Origin: Bacteroidia bacterium
Lineage (GTDB): Bacteria > Bacteroidota > Bacteroidia > 2-12-FULL-35-15
Assembly: GCA_038258655.1 (NCBI GenBank)
Contig: JBBSPS010000001.1
Coordinates: forward strand, 7,089-71,088
DNA length: 64,000 nt
Reading direction: 5' to 3'
Under the pieces are notes generated by a model that saw nothing but the letters and a program-made list of their open reading frames with translations, was not told the DNA's origin and made no database searches. The translations under genes were made by a program, and so were the position numbers. Shown piece by piece: positions 36,406 to 46,283 of the stretch. How positions within the stretch are numbered: position 1 is the first letter of the stretch; every line of letters begins with the position of its first letter.

Positions 36406-38760
36406 TTAGAATGTCATTACTAAACTAACAGTTGGCAGTATTGGCAACTGATCAACACGTTTGTATTGAATACGGTCAAAATAAAAAACATTCTGGCGAT
36501 TATAAACATTGGTTGCGCCAACGGCAGCTTCCAGCTTGGTATTTTGAAGCAATAGAAATGTACGTTTGATATTTATATCCAAACGGTGATACCAAGGCAA
36601 TTCTTTTACCTGACTATTATCAAAGAAATAATTCAAATTTCCATTTGTATTAGTATAATTTGTACTAACGCCCGCCTGAAAATTCAAATCTTCGTAAAAA
36701 CCTCCCGTTGGTTTATAAGGAAAGCCTGACCCGATGTTCCAGCGTACATCAAATTCCCAATTTAAATTTTTACCAAATGTATAAGATGCTACAATGTTTG
36801 CATTGTGCCTACGGTCGTAGTTTGGACGGTATGAATTAACTGTAGCAGGAACTCCATTTAAAGGGATTCCATTGTCATCTAAAGGCGCGCCTTGAAAGCG
36901 CGTTACATAACCTAATGAATAAACAACCCAGATATAAACGCGCTTGTAATCGTATTTTAATACAACATCAATCCCTTGCGCGGTACCTGTTTCAATAATA
37001 TAATCAGGGTCAGTATCATATATTTTATTGGTATTCAGATTTGTTAATTGCCTGAAATCTTTTCGGTAAGCCTCTATATTTAAATCAAGGTGTTTTGCCA
37101 AGTCAAACTCAAACCCTGCCACATAATGGTTTGATTTTTGTAATTTTTGTTTTGTAGGTGTTATATTACCATTCTTATCAAGATAGTTGCTTGGTAAATT
37201 ATCCGGGCCGGAAAGAAACCCATAAAATAAATTTACTACGTCCCTGTCGGAATTAGCAGCAATCAAGTTTTGAGAGTACATTCCACCTGCTGCTTTGAAA
37301 CGTATCCTTTTTGTGATATTGTATTTTAACGCTAAACGAGGTTCAGGTGAAGTATTGGCAAGGGAAGCGTAATATTGTAAACGGAAGCTCGGTTCGATCA
37401 GTAATTTTTTATGTTTGGATATCCATTTGTATTTTACGTAGCCGCCAATTTCTGTAGTATTGTCGGCTTGTGTAATATGACGGCCTAAAGAATTGGAGAA
37501 ATCAAAATCCGTTCTAAAGCCATTTACATCAATACCATAATTTAATTCATTCATCCCCATAAAATAAGTGAAGCCTACGCCCATATTAAATCCTTTAATG
37601 GCACTGCTTTTTTGAGCTTCTCCTTCCGGCTTGAGTTTTATTTTATATTCTGAATATGCGAAATTCCCATTTACCAATATCGGTGAATTTTGTGGCACTA
37701 ATAAAAAATTACCTCCCCCGCCATAAGAAGTCCAGTTCATATCCTGCACTGATTTGTAACTTACTTTATCATTAAAATTAAAACCGAATAAATTTAATTT
37801 ACTCCCATTATTGGCATTGAATGACACTTTTCCATAATAGTCATCAAAACTAAATGGTAAACCATTTTTATCAATATATGAATAAAGCACTTTTGATGTA
37901 GTAGGCAAATAAGATGTTTTAGCGGAAAGAATAAATGAAGAAGTACCGCCTCCACCTTCTGTATATTTTTTAAGTGGGCCCTCTACCAATACGTGTGCGC
38001 CAAACGGGCTGGCAGCAAGTTTTCCGGCCACACGTTTTTTGTTACCATCGCGTGTAGTAATATCCATAATGGATGAGATACGTCCTCCATATTCTGCACC
38101 AAAACCACCACTGTATACATCGGCATTACGTATGATATCAGCGTCAAATACAGAAAACAAACCAATGGAATGGAACGGATTATAAATGATCATACCATCC
38201 AGTAATACTTTATTTTGAACCGGTGAACCACCACGTATATAAAGTTGACCTCCCTGGTCGCCAGTAAATATCACACCGGGCAATACTTGTAGATATTGCG
38301 CCAAGTCCGGTTCCCCGCCTACAGTAGGTAATTTTTTAATTACAATAGGATCAATTTTATTAACAGATACCTGTGTTTCCGTTTCTTTCGCTTCCTGTGC
38401 CGCGGATACTTCAACGCCTTTTAATTTAACCGCTGATTTTGTGAGGTATAACTTTTTAGAAACTATTTCCCCAGCTTTTATCGTAACCGGTTCCGTCAAA
38501 CTATCGTACCCGAGTGTAGAAGTAATCATGATAGTATATGTTCCAGCAGGAATTTTTGTAATGGAAAAATATCCGTTCACATCCGTTGCCTGACCAATGG
38601 TTGTACCTTTTAATACTACATTGGTAAACAATACCGGTTCCCCCGAATCTTTTAAATATACAAACCCGCGTACGGTACCTGTAGGTTGTTGTGCAATTAC
38701 ACTTGCAGAAATAAAAATGCCAAGTATAAGAAGGGTTGATTTAATAACTGATTGACTCAT
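36406..38760 (-). CDS. TonB-dependent receptor (CarboxypepD_reg N-domain, plug, beta-barrel)
   Basis: Signal peptide; GTVRGFV...TDVNGYFSI N-domain; C-terminal aromatic residue; 784 aa. Confidence 0.85.
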   Translation of the reverse strand: MSQSVIKSTLLILGIFISASVIAQQPTGTVRGFVYLKDSGEPVLFTNVVLKGTTIGQATDVNGYFSITKIPAGTYTIMITSTLGYDSLTEPVTIKAGEIVSKKLYLTKSAVKLKGVEVSAAQEAKETETQVSVNKIDPIVIKKLPTVGGEPDLAQYLQVLPGVIFTGDQGGQLYIRGGSPVQNKVLLDGMIIYNPFHSIGLFSVFDADIIRNADVYSGGFGAEYGGRISSIMDITTRDGNKKRVAGKLAASPFGAHVLVEGPLKKYTEGGGGTSSFILSAKTSYLPTTSKVLYSYIDKNGLPFSFDDYYGKVSFNANNGSKLNLFGFNFNDKVSYKSVQDMNWTSYGGGGNFLLVPQNSPILVNGNFAYSEYKIKLKPEGEAQKSSAIKGFNMGVGFTYFMGMNELNYGIDVNGFRTDFDFSNSLGRHITQADNTTEIGGYVKYKWISKHKKLLIEPSFRLQYYASLANTSPEPRLALKYNITKRIRFKAAGGMYSQNLIAANSDRDVVNLFYGFLSGPDNLPSNYLDKNGNITPTKQKLQKSNHYVAGFEFDLAKHLDLNIEAYRKDFRQLTNLNTNKIYDTDPDYIIETGTAQGIDVVLKYDYKRVYIWVVYSLGYVTRFQGAPLDDNGIPLNGVPATVNSYRPNYDRRHNANIVASYTFGKNLNWEFDVRWNIGSGFPYKPTGGFYEDLNFQAGVSTNYTNTNGNLNYFFDNSQVKELPWYHRLDINIKRTFLLLQNTKLEAAVGATNVYNRQNVFYFDRIQYKRVDQLPILPTVSLVMTF

Positions 38761-38786
38761 GATCGAATTTTTTTATAAACTTAAAA

Positions 38787-41700
38787 CTATTGATGTTGTT
38801 GCATTTTGGGCGACAGGCCATATTCCTGAAGCAATTTATTATAGCGTGTTTCAAACTCTTTTGATAATGCAGGTTGTTTAAAATTGTTCGCGAAATAAAT
38901 TAAACGTTCTAAAATATCCTGTGCTTGTTGTACATCGCTTCCATATTGAGGAATACGTTTTCTATCCAATGAATAATAATAATTGATGTTGCTTTCATAA
39001 TTAGTGAATAATTTTTTGGCGAGATCATTGGCTTTGTCATTGGCCCCTGCTTGGTAATAAGCGATTACAATGGAATATAATGTAGCATCATATGGAACAT
39101 TTTCCTGTGGTGTTACTTCCAAGACTTTATCTAAAACTTTGATCGCTTTATCTTTTTTACCTTCTTCAATTAATACGCTGGCAAGTGTTCCTACACGCTG
39201 ACGTATGTTCAACGCGCATGAACGCAAGAACACATCATCTAAATAGGTTCCTTTTATGTCCATACTTCCCCACTTGAATTTATTCATCACATTGTTATAC
39301 ATTACCTCTGTATTAACACGTGTTTCCTGTGTTTCCTGATCATTTTGTTTGATCGGTACCAGACGATACGCCAACCCTTCCAACTGTAAATACGGAGCAA
39401 GATTTAAATAAGAACTTGCAGACGCTGTAGCGGCAAAGTATATAGGGCGTTTCCAATTATTGTGTGCCAGGAGATCAATGATCATCAAATCATTTTTTTG
39501 AATATAATTACCTGTCAATGTCCAATCAATATTTTTCACGATACGTCCGGCCAATTGTTTAGGTACCGTACCGTTATTTATAACGGTAGCACTGTCAACA
39601 GGTACACGCATATTTTTAGTCGGGAAATAATTATAGAATGTTCCAGAAGCTACTTCCAGCTGATTACTCCGGTCGTCACTTTTAACGAATTCTATCAGAT
39701 CTTTTACAGGAATAAATCCTTCCACTTTACGATCATGAAAAAGTACTATGTCGCGCGTGCCTTGTCGATACTGGTCTTTGGTCATTGAAAAAGGAACAGG
39801 ATCCGAATCATACGCTTTATGTACCATCTGGTCAATATACCAATCCGTGTTCAATAATTCCAAACAAATTACACGTACATCCGTACGGATGCCTTCCACT
39901 TCCTGTGCGTACCACAATGGGAATGTATCATTATCACCATTGGTAAATAAGATGGCATTTTTCTCGCATGAATTTAAATAGTCGGCAGCAAAATCACGTG
40001 CTATATAACGATTGGAACGATCATGGTCATCCCATTCTTCTTTTGCCATAATAGTTGGAACAGCCAATAAACAAAGGGCGGATGCTACAACAGCACTTTT
40101 TGTTTGGTTCATTTTCTTTTCGAAAAAATCAAAAATTGCAAGCACCCCCAAACCTATCCAAAAAGCGAAAGCGTAAAAAGACCCTGCATACGCGTAATCA
40201 CGTTCACGAGGCTCAAAAGGTTTTTGATTCAAATAAATTACAATAGCCATACCCGTAAAGAAAAACAACATACCTACCACTGCCGCGTTTCTATTGTCTT
40301 TTTTAATGTGATAATACAAACCTATTAAGCCCAGTATTAAAGGGAATCCGTAAAGGGCATTTTTAGCTTTGTTATTGTCAGCGCCATCAGGTAAATTTTT
40401 TTGAGGGCCTAACCTGTATTCATCCAAAGGCGTGATACCGCTAATCCAGTTACCGTCAGAGCTATTTCCATGTCCCTGTATATCATTTTGGCGGCCTACA
40501 AAATTCCAAAGAAAATACCGGGAATACATCCAACCTACCTGATAATCAAAGAAGAAAAATAAATTTTGCGCGAAGGTTGGTTTTTCAATAGTTGTAGGTT
40601 CACCTGTTTGAGGATCGGTCGCATTTATTTTTTGATAATTCCGTGGATTGGTCCATTTCCTATATCCTACCTTGTGATTTTCCTGACTGCTCCACATACG
40701 TGGAAATAGAGTGCAGAAGCGATCATCATAATTAGGAACAGAATTTTTACGGTCGTCGGTAATTACATATTTTCCTGCGTTTTTATCCTGGGTGTAAGTA
40801 GTACCAACAGGCACATTGGAATTTGTCTGATCAACATTATAGGTGGGACTTTCGTCCAAAAAAGGTTTATTTTTAACAGTTTGCTTATTCACTGGCTCAA
40901 CCTTAGAGTAAACAGGGTTTCCATCTAAATAAGGTTTCTGTGGATCAAGAGGTGCGGAAAAATATTGTCCGTACATGATGGGCCATGTACCATATTGTTC
41001 GCGGTTCAAATAAGATAAAAGGTTCACCGCATTCTCCGGATTATTTTCATCCATTGGTGGGTTTGCATTGGAACGTATCACCAACACTAAAAAGGAAGAG
41101 TAGCCAATTAAAATTACGGTGAAACAAAGTATCACTGTATTAATAATTGGTTTCACTTTTTTGGTTGTATAATGTAAACCCCATACAATTCCACCAATCA
41201 GCAATACTGCATATATAATAGTACCACTATTAAATGGTAATCCTAATTTATTAACCGTAAACAATTCAATATTAGCAGCAAGTTTCACGATCATCGGAAT
41301 AATACCAGCTTGTATCCCACCTAAAATAACGATGGATAAAATACTTGTAATGATCAAACCTTTGCGGGTTATCGTATTGTATCTTTTAAAATAATAAATA
41401 AACACGATAGCCGGTATAGCCAATAAATTCAGCAAATGCACACCTATTGACAAACCTACCAAATAGGCTATTAAAATTATCCAACGATCGGCATGCGGAC
41501 CATCAGCTTCACGTTCCCATTTTAAGATCGCCCAAAATACAATGGCTGTGAAAAAACTGGACATCGCATATACTTCACCTTCAACTGCGGAAAACCAAAA
41601 TGAATCAGTAAATGTGTAAGCCAATGCGCCTACTGCTCCCGCGCCAAATACCGCGATCATTCTGCCAAGAGTAAGTTCTCCTGATTTATCAACTATTTTA

Positions 41701-42017
41701 CGTGCTAAAGCTGTAATAGACCAAAATAAAAATAATATGGTAAATGCGCTGCATAATGCGGACATGCTATTAACCATGGCGCCTACTTTACTTGTATCGC
41801 CAAAAGCGAACAAGCTAAAAAATCTGCCGATAAGCAAAAATAAAGGAGCTCCCGGAGGATGGCCCACTTCTAATTTATATGCGCAAGCAATGTATTCCCC
41901 GCAATCCCAAAAGGAAGCGGTTGATTCCATAGTACTTAAGTACACAAACGCCGCGATTAAAAATACACACCAACCGATGATATTATTCAGTCGCTGATAG
42001 TTAGAAATATAATTCAT
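38787..42017 (-). CDS. DUF2723 domain-containing large polytopic membrane protein (putative glycosyltransferase fold) with a C-terminal TPR-like region
   Basis: N-terminus YLSTMESTASFWDCGEYIACAYKLEVGHPPGAPLF is the DUF2723 signature; many TM helices; 1076 aa. Confidence 0.7.
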   Translation of the reverse strand: MNYISNYQRLNNIIGWCVFLIAAFVYLSTMESTASFWDCGEYIACAYKLEVGHPPGAPLFLLIGRFFSLFAFGDTSKVGAMVNSMSALCSAFTILFLFWSITALARKIVDKSGELTLGRMIAVFGAGAVGALAYTFTDSFWFSAVEGEVYAMSSFFTAIVFWAILKWEREADGPHADRWIILIAYLVGLSIGVHLLNLLAIPAIVFIYYFKRYNTITRKGLIITSILSIVILGGIQAGIIPMIVKLAANIELFTVNKLGLPFNSGTIIYAVLLIGGIVWGLHYTTKKVKPIINTVILCFTVILIGYSSFLVLVIRSNANPPMDENNPENAVNLLSYLNREQYGTWPIMYGQYFSAPLDPQKPYLDGNPVYSKVEPVNKQTVKNKPFLDESPTYNVDQTNSNVPVGTTYTQDKNAGKYVITDDRKNSVPNYDDRFCTLFPRMWSSQENHKVGYRKWTNPRNYQKINATDPQTGEPTTIEKPTFAQNLFFFFDYQVGWMYSRYFLWNFVGRQNDIQGHGNSSDGNWISGITPLDEYRLGPQKNLPDGADNNKAKNALYGFPLILGLIGLYYHIKKDNRNAAVVGMLFFFTGMAIVIYLNQKPFEPRERDYAYAGSFYAFAFWIGLGVLAIFDFFEKKMNQTKSAVVASALCLLAVPTIMAKEEWDDHDRSNRYIARDFAADYLNSCEKNAILFTNGDNDTFPLWYAQEVEGIRTDVRVICLELLNTDWYIDQMVHKAYDSDPVPFSMTKDQYRQGTRDIVLFHDRKVEGFIPVKDLIEFVKSDDRSNQLEVASGTFYNYFPTKNMRVPVDSATVINNGTVPKQLAGRIVKNIDWTLTGNYIQKNDLMIIDLLAHNNWKRPIYFAATASASSYLNLAPYLQLEGLAYRLVPIKQNDQETQETRVNTEVMYNNVMNKFKWGSMDIKGTYLDDVFLRSCALNIRQRVGTLASVLIEEGKKDKAIKVLDKVLEVTPQENVPYDATLYSIVIAYYQAGANDKANDLAKKLFTNYESNINYYYSLDRKRIPQYGSDVQQAQDILERLIYFANNFKQPALSKEFETRYNKLLQEYGLSPKMQQHQ

Positions 42018-42045
42018 ACATGTATATGATTAGTTTTTTTTAGAT

Positions 42046-42061
42046 GCTTGCGAAGATAAAA
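42046..42061 (-). promoter_or_regulatory. Second copy of the TTTTATCTTCGCAAGC box, 29-44 nt upstream of the DUF2723 gene
   Basis: 15 of 16 nt identical to 28553-28568. Confidence 0.3.
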
Positions 42062-42325
42062 AAATAAATTGAAGTGATGATTGTTAAAAAAGTATAAGAT
42101 GTGGAGGGGATGTTGGGGTCAAATATAGTATTTTTTTGATTTATAAATTAATCACAGAATTTATTTTAGAAATTGCTAAATCGCACTGCGTTATTTCAAT
42201 TTTATCGAGAAACAAAAGAAGCAGACATAAGAAAACATCCTCATTTGTTTCAAAAGTTTTTGAACATCTTTCGGGAAACTTAAAATATACTCATCAATGT
42301 CTTTTGGTTTTATCAATTCTATTTG

Positions 42326-42964
42326 TTAGTTGAAATGTATATCGTAAGATAGAGTGTCGCCTTTGTTTATATACTCCTTATCGGAACGTCCTGTCCAAAG
42401 AGACTTATTATTATAATATTGCATCCAAGAAACTGTTATACTCTCATTACCCTTTACTCGATAAACTCCTAGAAAAGCATCAAATGGATAATTAGGAACA
42501 TTCAGATCGACACTTTGGGCGTAATCGAATTGCAAATACGCCCAATCAGTTACAATATTAGATGTCTTATGCTGGTATATTTTCACATATGCAAAAGGAG
42601 GTAACACAAAATCTACATTTTCATTTTTAGTAGGTAATTCATTGCTTGCTATGGCTGTATAAGTCTTTCCCTTTCCGTCTTCAATCGGAGTGCAGTAAAT
42701 ACGATATAAATAATTGAACTTCATCGAAAAGGATAGATCATAGTGTCCATTTGCATCAGTGACTGTATTACCTATTATTGTAGGATATGTTTTCGAATTC
42801 ATTCCCGACTTAGTAGTCCTTTCAACATATACTCCAACATTAGGAAATGGTAATCCTGTTCCTTTTTCCCTAACAGTCCCACTGACTCCGCTTTTTCCAA
42901 TTTTTCTGCAACCAGTCATTGCAATAATAAGTAAAGCGAGTATTATTAATAAATGTCCTTTCAT
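42326..42964 (-). CDS. Lipoprotein with a carboxypeptidase-regulatory-like domain, hypothetical
   Basis: Lipobox LALLIIAMTGC when the start is taken at Met53; GTVREKGTGLPFPNVGVYV beta-sandwich pattern. Confidence 0.45.
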   Translation of the reverse strand: MKGHLLIILALLIIAMTGCRKIGKSGVSGTVREKGTGLPFPNVGVYVERTTKSGMNSKTYPTIIGNTVTDANGHYDLSFSMKFNYLYRIYCTPIEDGKGKTYTAIASNELPTKNENVDFVLPPFAYVKIYQHKTSNIVTDWAYLQFDYAQSVDLNVPNYPFDAFLGVYRVKGNESITVSWMQYYNNKSLWTGRSDKEYINKGDTLSYDIHFN

Positions 42965-43359
42965 TGTTTGTTCATATAGCAAATGTTGAAAATAAATGTT
43001 TTTGTTAAATGTAGTCAAAAATATTTCGACCCATTGTAAGGTTATTTCATGTGCAACGGCAAAATAAAAAGCCCGAAAATTCTTTGAAATAAAACTAATT
43101 TTTTTAGTAAAGTTAATCAAAACAATATGTCCCTGAAGGAAACGAATTTGAAGGTTTTAAATCTTTTTATGCATTCATAAATAAAATTATGACATTACAA
43201 ATGACTGGCTAGACAAACATGAAGCACCAGAGCTTAAATTTAGAAAGTAATGCACAGCTGCTCCGGTTAAACATAGCGTCCCGCCACTCCCAATAATATT
43301 ATGAGGCAAAAGGGATGGCCAAAAAATCCTACCTTCGTACCTCAAATTATTATTAAACA

Positions 43360-45153
43360 ATGGCACGCAAAATAAAAGATACAGACGATTTACCGAAGGC
43401 AAAAATCACGAAGACTTCTTTAAAAAAAACCGCACGTTTATTCAGTTATGTTGGCCCGCATAAATGGAAATTATATCTCGGGCTTGTGTTTTTACTTTTA
43501 ACAGGAGGTACAGCACTATTATTTCCGATGATGTTGGGAGGTTTGGTAAAAACAATTGAAGTAAAAAACTTTACAAAAATAAATGAAATAGGAATTTATT
43601 TAATACTTGTGCTGTCCGCGCAATCTGTTTTCTCTTATTTCAGAGTATACCTTTTTGTAAATTATACTGAAAATACATTGGCCAAACTTCGCCAGGCGGT
43701 ATATGCACATTTAATAACATTACCCATGACCTTTTTTGCGCAGAAACGTGTAGGTGATTTGAATAGCCGCATGTCGGCCGATGTTTCACAAATACAGGAT
43801 ACACTTACCACTACCATTGCAGAATTTTTAAGACAATTTATTTTGATTATCGGCGGGATCATTCTTTTATTCGTTATTTCTCCGAAGCTTACTTTTTTAA
43901 TGCTGTCCATTGTTCCTGTAGTTGCTGTAGCGGCAGTTATCTTTGGACGTTTCATTCGTAAAACTTCACGCGAAGTGCAGGAAAGGATCGCTGAATCAAA
44001 TACCATCATTGAAGAAACATTACAAGGGATTACCAATGTAAAAGCTTTTGCGAATGAATTTTATGAAAATATGCGTTACAGACGCAGCACGGAAGAGATC
44101 GTTAAGAATGCCATCCGTGGCGGAAAATTCCGTGGAGCATTTGCTTCCTTTATTATCTTTTGTTTGTTCGGAGCAATAGTAGCGGTGATCTGGTATGGAG
44201 TAATGTTGGCATCTAAAAATCAATTATTGATCGGCGACCTTATCTCCTTTATACTTTATTCCGCCTTTGTTGGCGCTTCATTTGGTGGCATCGCCGAATT
44301 GTATGCCCAAATTCAAAAAGCGATTGGCGCTATTGAACGTGTATTCGAAATTCTGGATGAAGAAACAGAAGCACTTGATATTATTGAGCATAAAGAAATT
44401 CTTAAACGCATCGAAGGTGATGTTACATTTGAAAATGTTGCTTTTAGGTATCCGTCCCGTAAGGAAATTCAAGTACTAAAAACAGTTTCTATAACAGCCC
44501 GAAAAGGAGAAACCATTGCTGTTGTAGGGCCAAGTGGTTCAGGAAAATCAACATTGGTCGGATTATTATTGCGCTTTTATGATCCTGAAAGTGGAAGGAT
44601 TTTAATTGATGGAAAAGATTCCAAAGATTATCCTTTAACAGAATTACGAAACAACATGGCCATTGTTCCTCAAGATGTTTTATTATTTGGTGGAACGATC
44701 AAAGAAAATATTGCTTACGGAAAACCAACTGCTACTATTGCGGAAATTGCGGAAGCTGCACGCAAAGCAAACGCTTTGGAGTTTATTGACAGCTTCCCCG
44801 AAAAATTTGAAACCATTGTTGGTGAACGCGGAATAAAACTCTCCGGCGGTCAACGCCAGCGAATTGCAATTGCACGCGCGGTTTTAAAAGACCCAAGTAT
44901 TTTAATTTTAGATGAAGCTACCAGCTCATTGGATTCGGAATCTGAACGTGTGGTGCAGGAAGCGTTGGATAAATTAATGGTGGGCCGTACTTCTTTTGTG
45001 ATCGCACATCGTTTATCCACCATCCGCAAAGCGGATAAAATTATTGTGATCGACAAGGGCGCTGTTCGCGAAAGCGGAACGCATGAAGAGCTAATGAATG
45101 TGGAGAGCGGGCTTTACAGGAGTTTGAGCAGGATGCAGACGGAATTGGTGTAA
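43360..45153 (+). CDS. ABC transporter permease/ATP-binding protein (MsbA-like exporter)
   Basis: Six-TM domain plus NBD with Walker A GPSGSGKST, signature LSGGQRQR, and Walker B ILILDEATS. Confidence 0.9.
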   Translation: MARKIKDTDDLPKAKITKTSLKKTARLFSYVGPHKWKLYLGLVFLLLTGGTALLFPMMLGGLVKTIEVKNFTKINEIGIYLILVLSAQSVFSYFRVYLFVNYTENTLAKLRQAVYAHLITLPMTFFAQKRVGDLNSRMSADVSQIQDTLTTTIAEFLRQFILIIGGIILLFVISPKLTFLMLSIVPVVAVAAVIFGRFIRKTSREVQERIAESNTIIEETLQGITNVKAFANEFYENMRYRRSTEEIVKNAIRGGKFRGAFASFIIFCLFGAIVAVIWYGVMLASKNQLLIGDLISFILYSAFVGASFGGIAELYAQIQKAIGAIERVFEILDEETEALDIIEHKEILKRIEGDVTFENVAFRYPSRKEIQVLKTVSITARKGETIAVVGPSGSGKSTLVGLLLRFYDPESGRILIDGKDSKDYPLTELRNNMAIVPQDVLLFGGTIKENIAYGKPTATIAEIAEAARKANALEFIDSFPEKFETIVGERGIKLSGGQRQRIAIARAVLKDPSILILDEATSSLDSESERVVQEALDKLMVGRTSFVIAHRLSTIRKADKIIVIDKGAVRESGTHEELMNVESGLYRSLSRMQTELV

Positions 45154-45174
45154 AACATCTCTTTTGCAAGCAAG

Positions 45175-45663
45175 ATGATTTTGATAAAAACTAAGCCAAC
45201 CATATCTCAAATAATCTTTTCCTTGACATTTTTGTTAAGTCTTTTATATTTAAAAGTAATGGGCTTTTCTGAATGGGTCTTCCTATACTTTTTCACATAC
45301 TGGATTTGGCTGACCTTTGTTGCTTATAAAACAATTCTACATCCAAAGACAGCCCATTACGAAAATCTTCTGACCAACATAAATATTTTATTATCTCTAT
45401 TCATAATACTTGCGGACTTTTTTATTACAGTTCTATCCCTTTCGTTTTTATTCAGAATAATATTTGCTCAATTCTATCAATTGATTGCTTACGGGACACT
45501 TTTTATTTTTATCACTTCAACCATTTTACATTTTATTATAATTTCGAAAAACATTAATAACATAGACAATAACAAAAGTATTTTGACAACTTGCTTAAAG
45601 CTTTTATTCTACCCTGTTGGTATTTGGACAATACAAGAAACATTAAAGCAAAAACGACAGTAA
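45175..45663 (+). CDS. Hypothetical small integral membrane protein
   Basis: 162 aa with 4-5 predicted TM helices; 21 nt downstream of the ABC exporter. Confidence 0.4.
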   Translation: MILIKTKPTISQIIFSLTFLLSLLYLKVMGFSEWVFLYFFTYWIWLTFVAYKTILHPKTAHYENLLTNINILLSLFIILADFFITVLSLSFLFRIIFAQFYQLIAYGTLFIFITSTILHFIIISKNINNIDNNKSILTTCLKLLFYPVGIWTIQETLKQKRQ

Positions 45664-45688
45664 ACGAGTGGCTGAAACTACCAACCCG

Positions 45689-46184
45689 ATGAAAAAAAAT
45701 TTCTCCTAATCATCTTATTCCTTTCCACAATTGTAAATGCACAATCAACAAAATGCATTATAAAAACTCCCCTTGGAGATATTACCATTGAACTCTATTC
45801 CAAACAATCGCCAATAACAGTAAACCATTTTTTATATTATGTGTATAATCACCTGTATGATAGCAGTAGTTTCTTTCGGGTATGTACGCCTGCAAATGAA
45901 GCAGAGCGAAAAATAAACAAACAAAGTTATTACACACAAATGGAACCTTGTCAATGGCAAGAGATGCAAATCCTAATTCAGCAACCAGTGAATTTTTTAT
46001 TTGCATCAATGATCAACCGGAATTAAATTTTGGAGGAAAAAGAAATCCGGATGGGCAAGGTTTTGCTGCTTTCGGAAAGGTGACCAAAGGAATGGATGTG
46101 GTAAAAAAAATTCAGAAGGAAAAAGATAAGGAACAGTATCTTATTGATCGTGTTGTAATTTATTCAATAAGAAGAATAAAATAA
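45689..46184 (+). pseudogene. Cyclophilin-type peptidyl-prolyl isomerase disrupted by two single-nucleotide frameshifts
   Basis: ATG at 45689 is followed by an 8-A run and a stop after 6 codons. A 9-A run would restore the signal peptide MKKKFLLIILFLSTIVNAQ and the cyclophilin N-domain (frame of the 45841 ORF). A second -1 shift near 45920 moves into the C-terminal frame (GTLSMARDANPNSATSEFFICINDQPEL...GKVTKGMDVV). Confidence 0.6.
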
Positions 46185-46283
46185 AATTTCTGCAACAAAA
46201 GATTGGGTTAAAGCCTAAATATGTGAAGGATTAAACTAATGTATTTATCCCAAATACTCTTCATATTGGCAGATGCTCCATTT

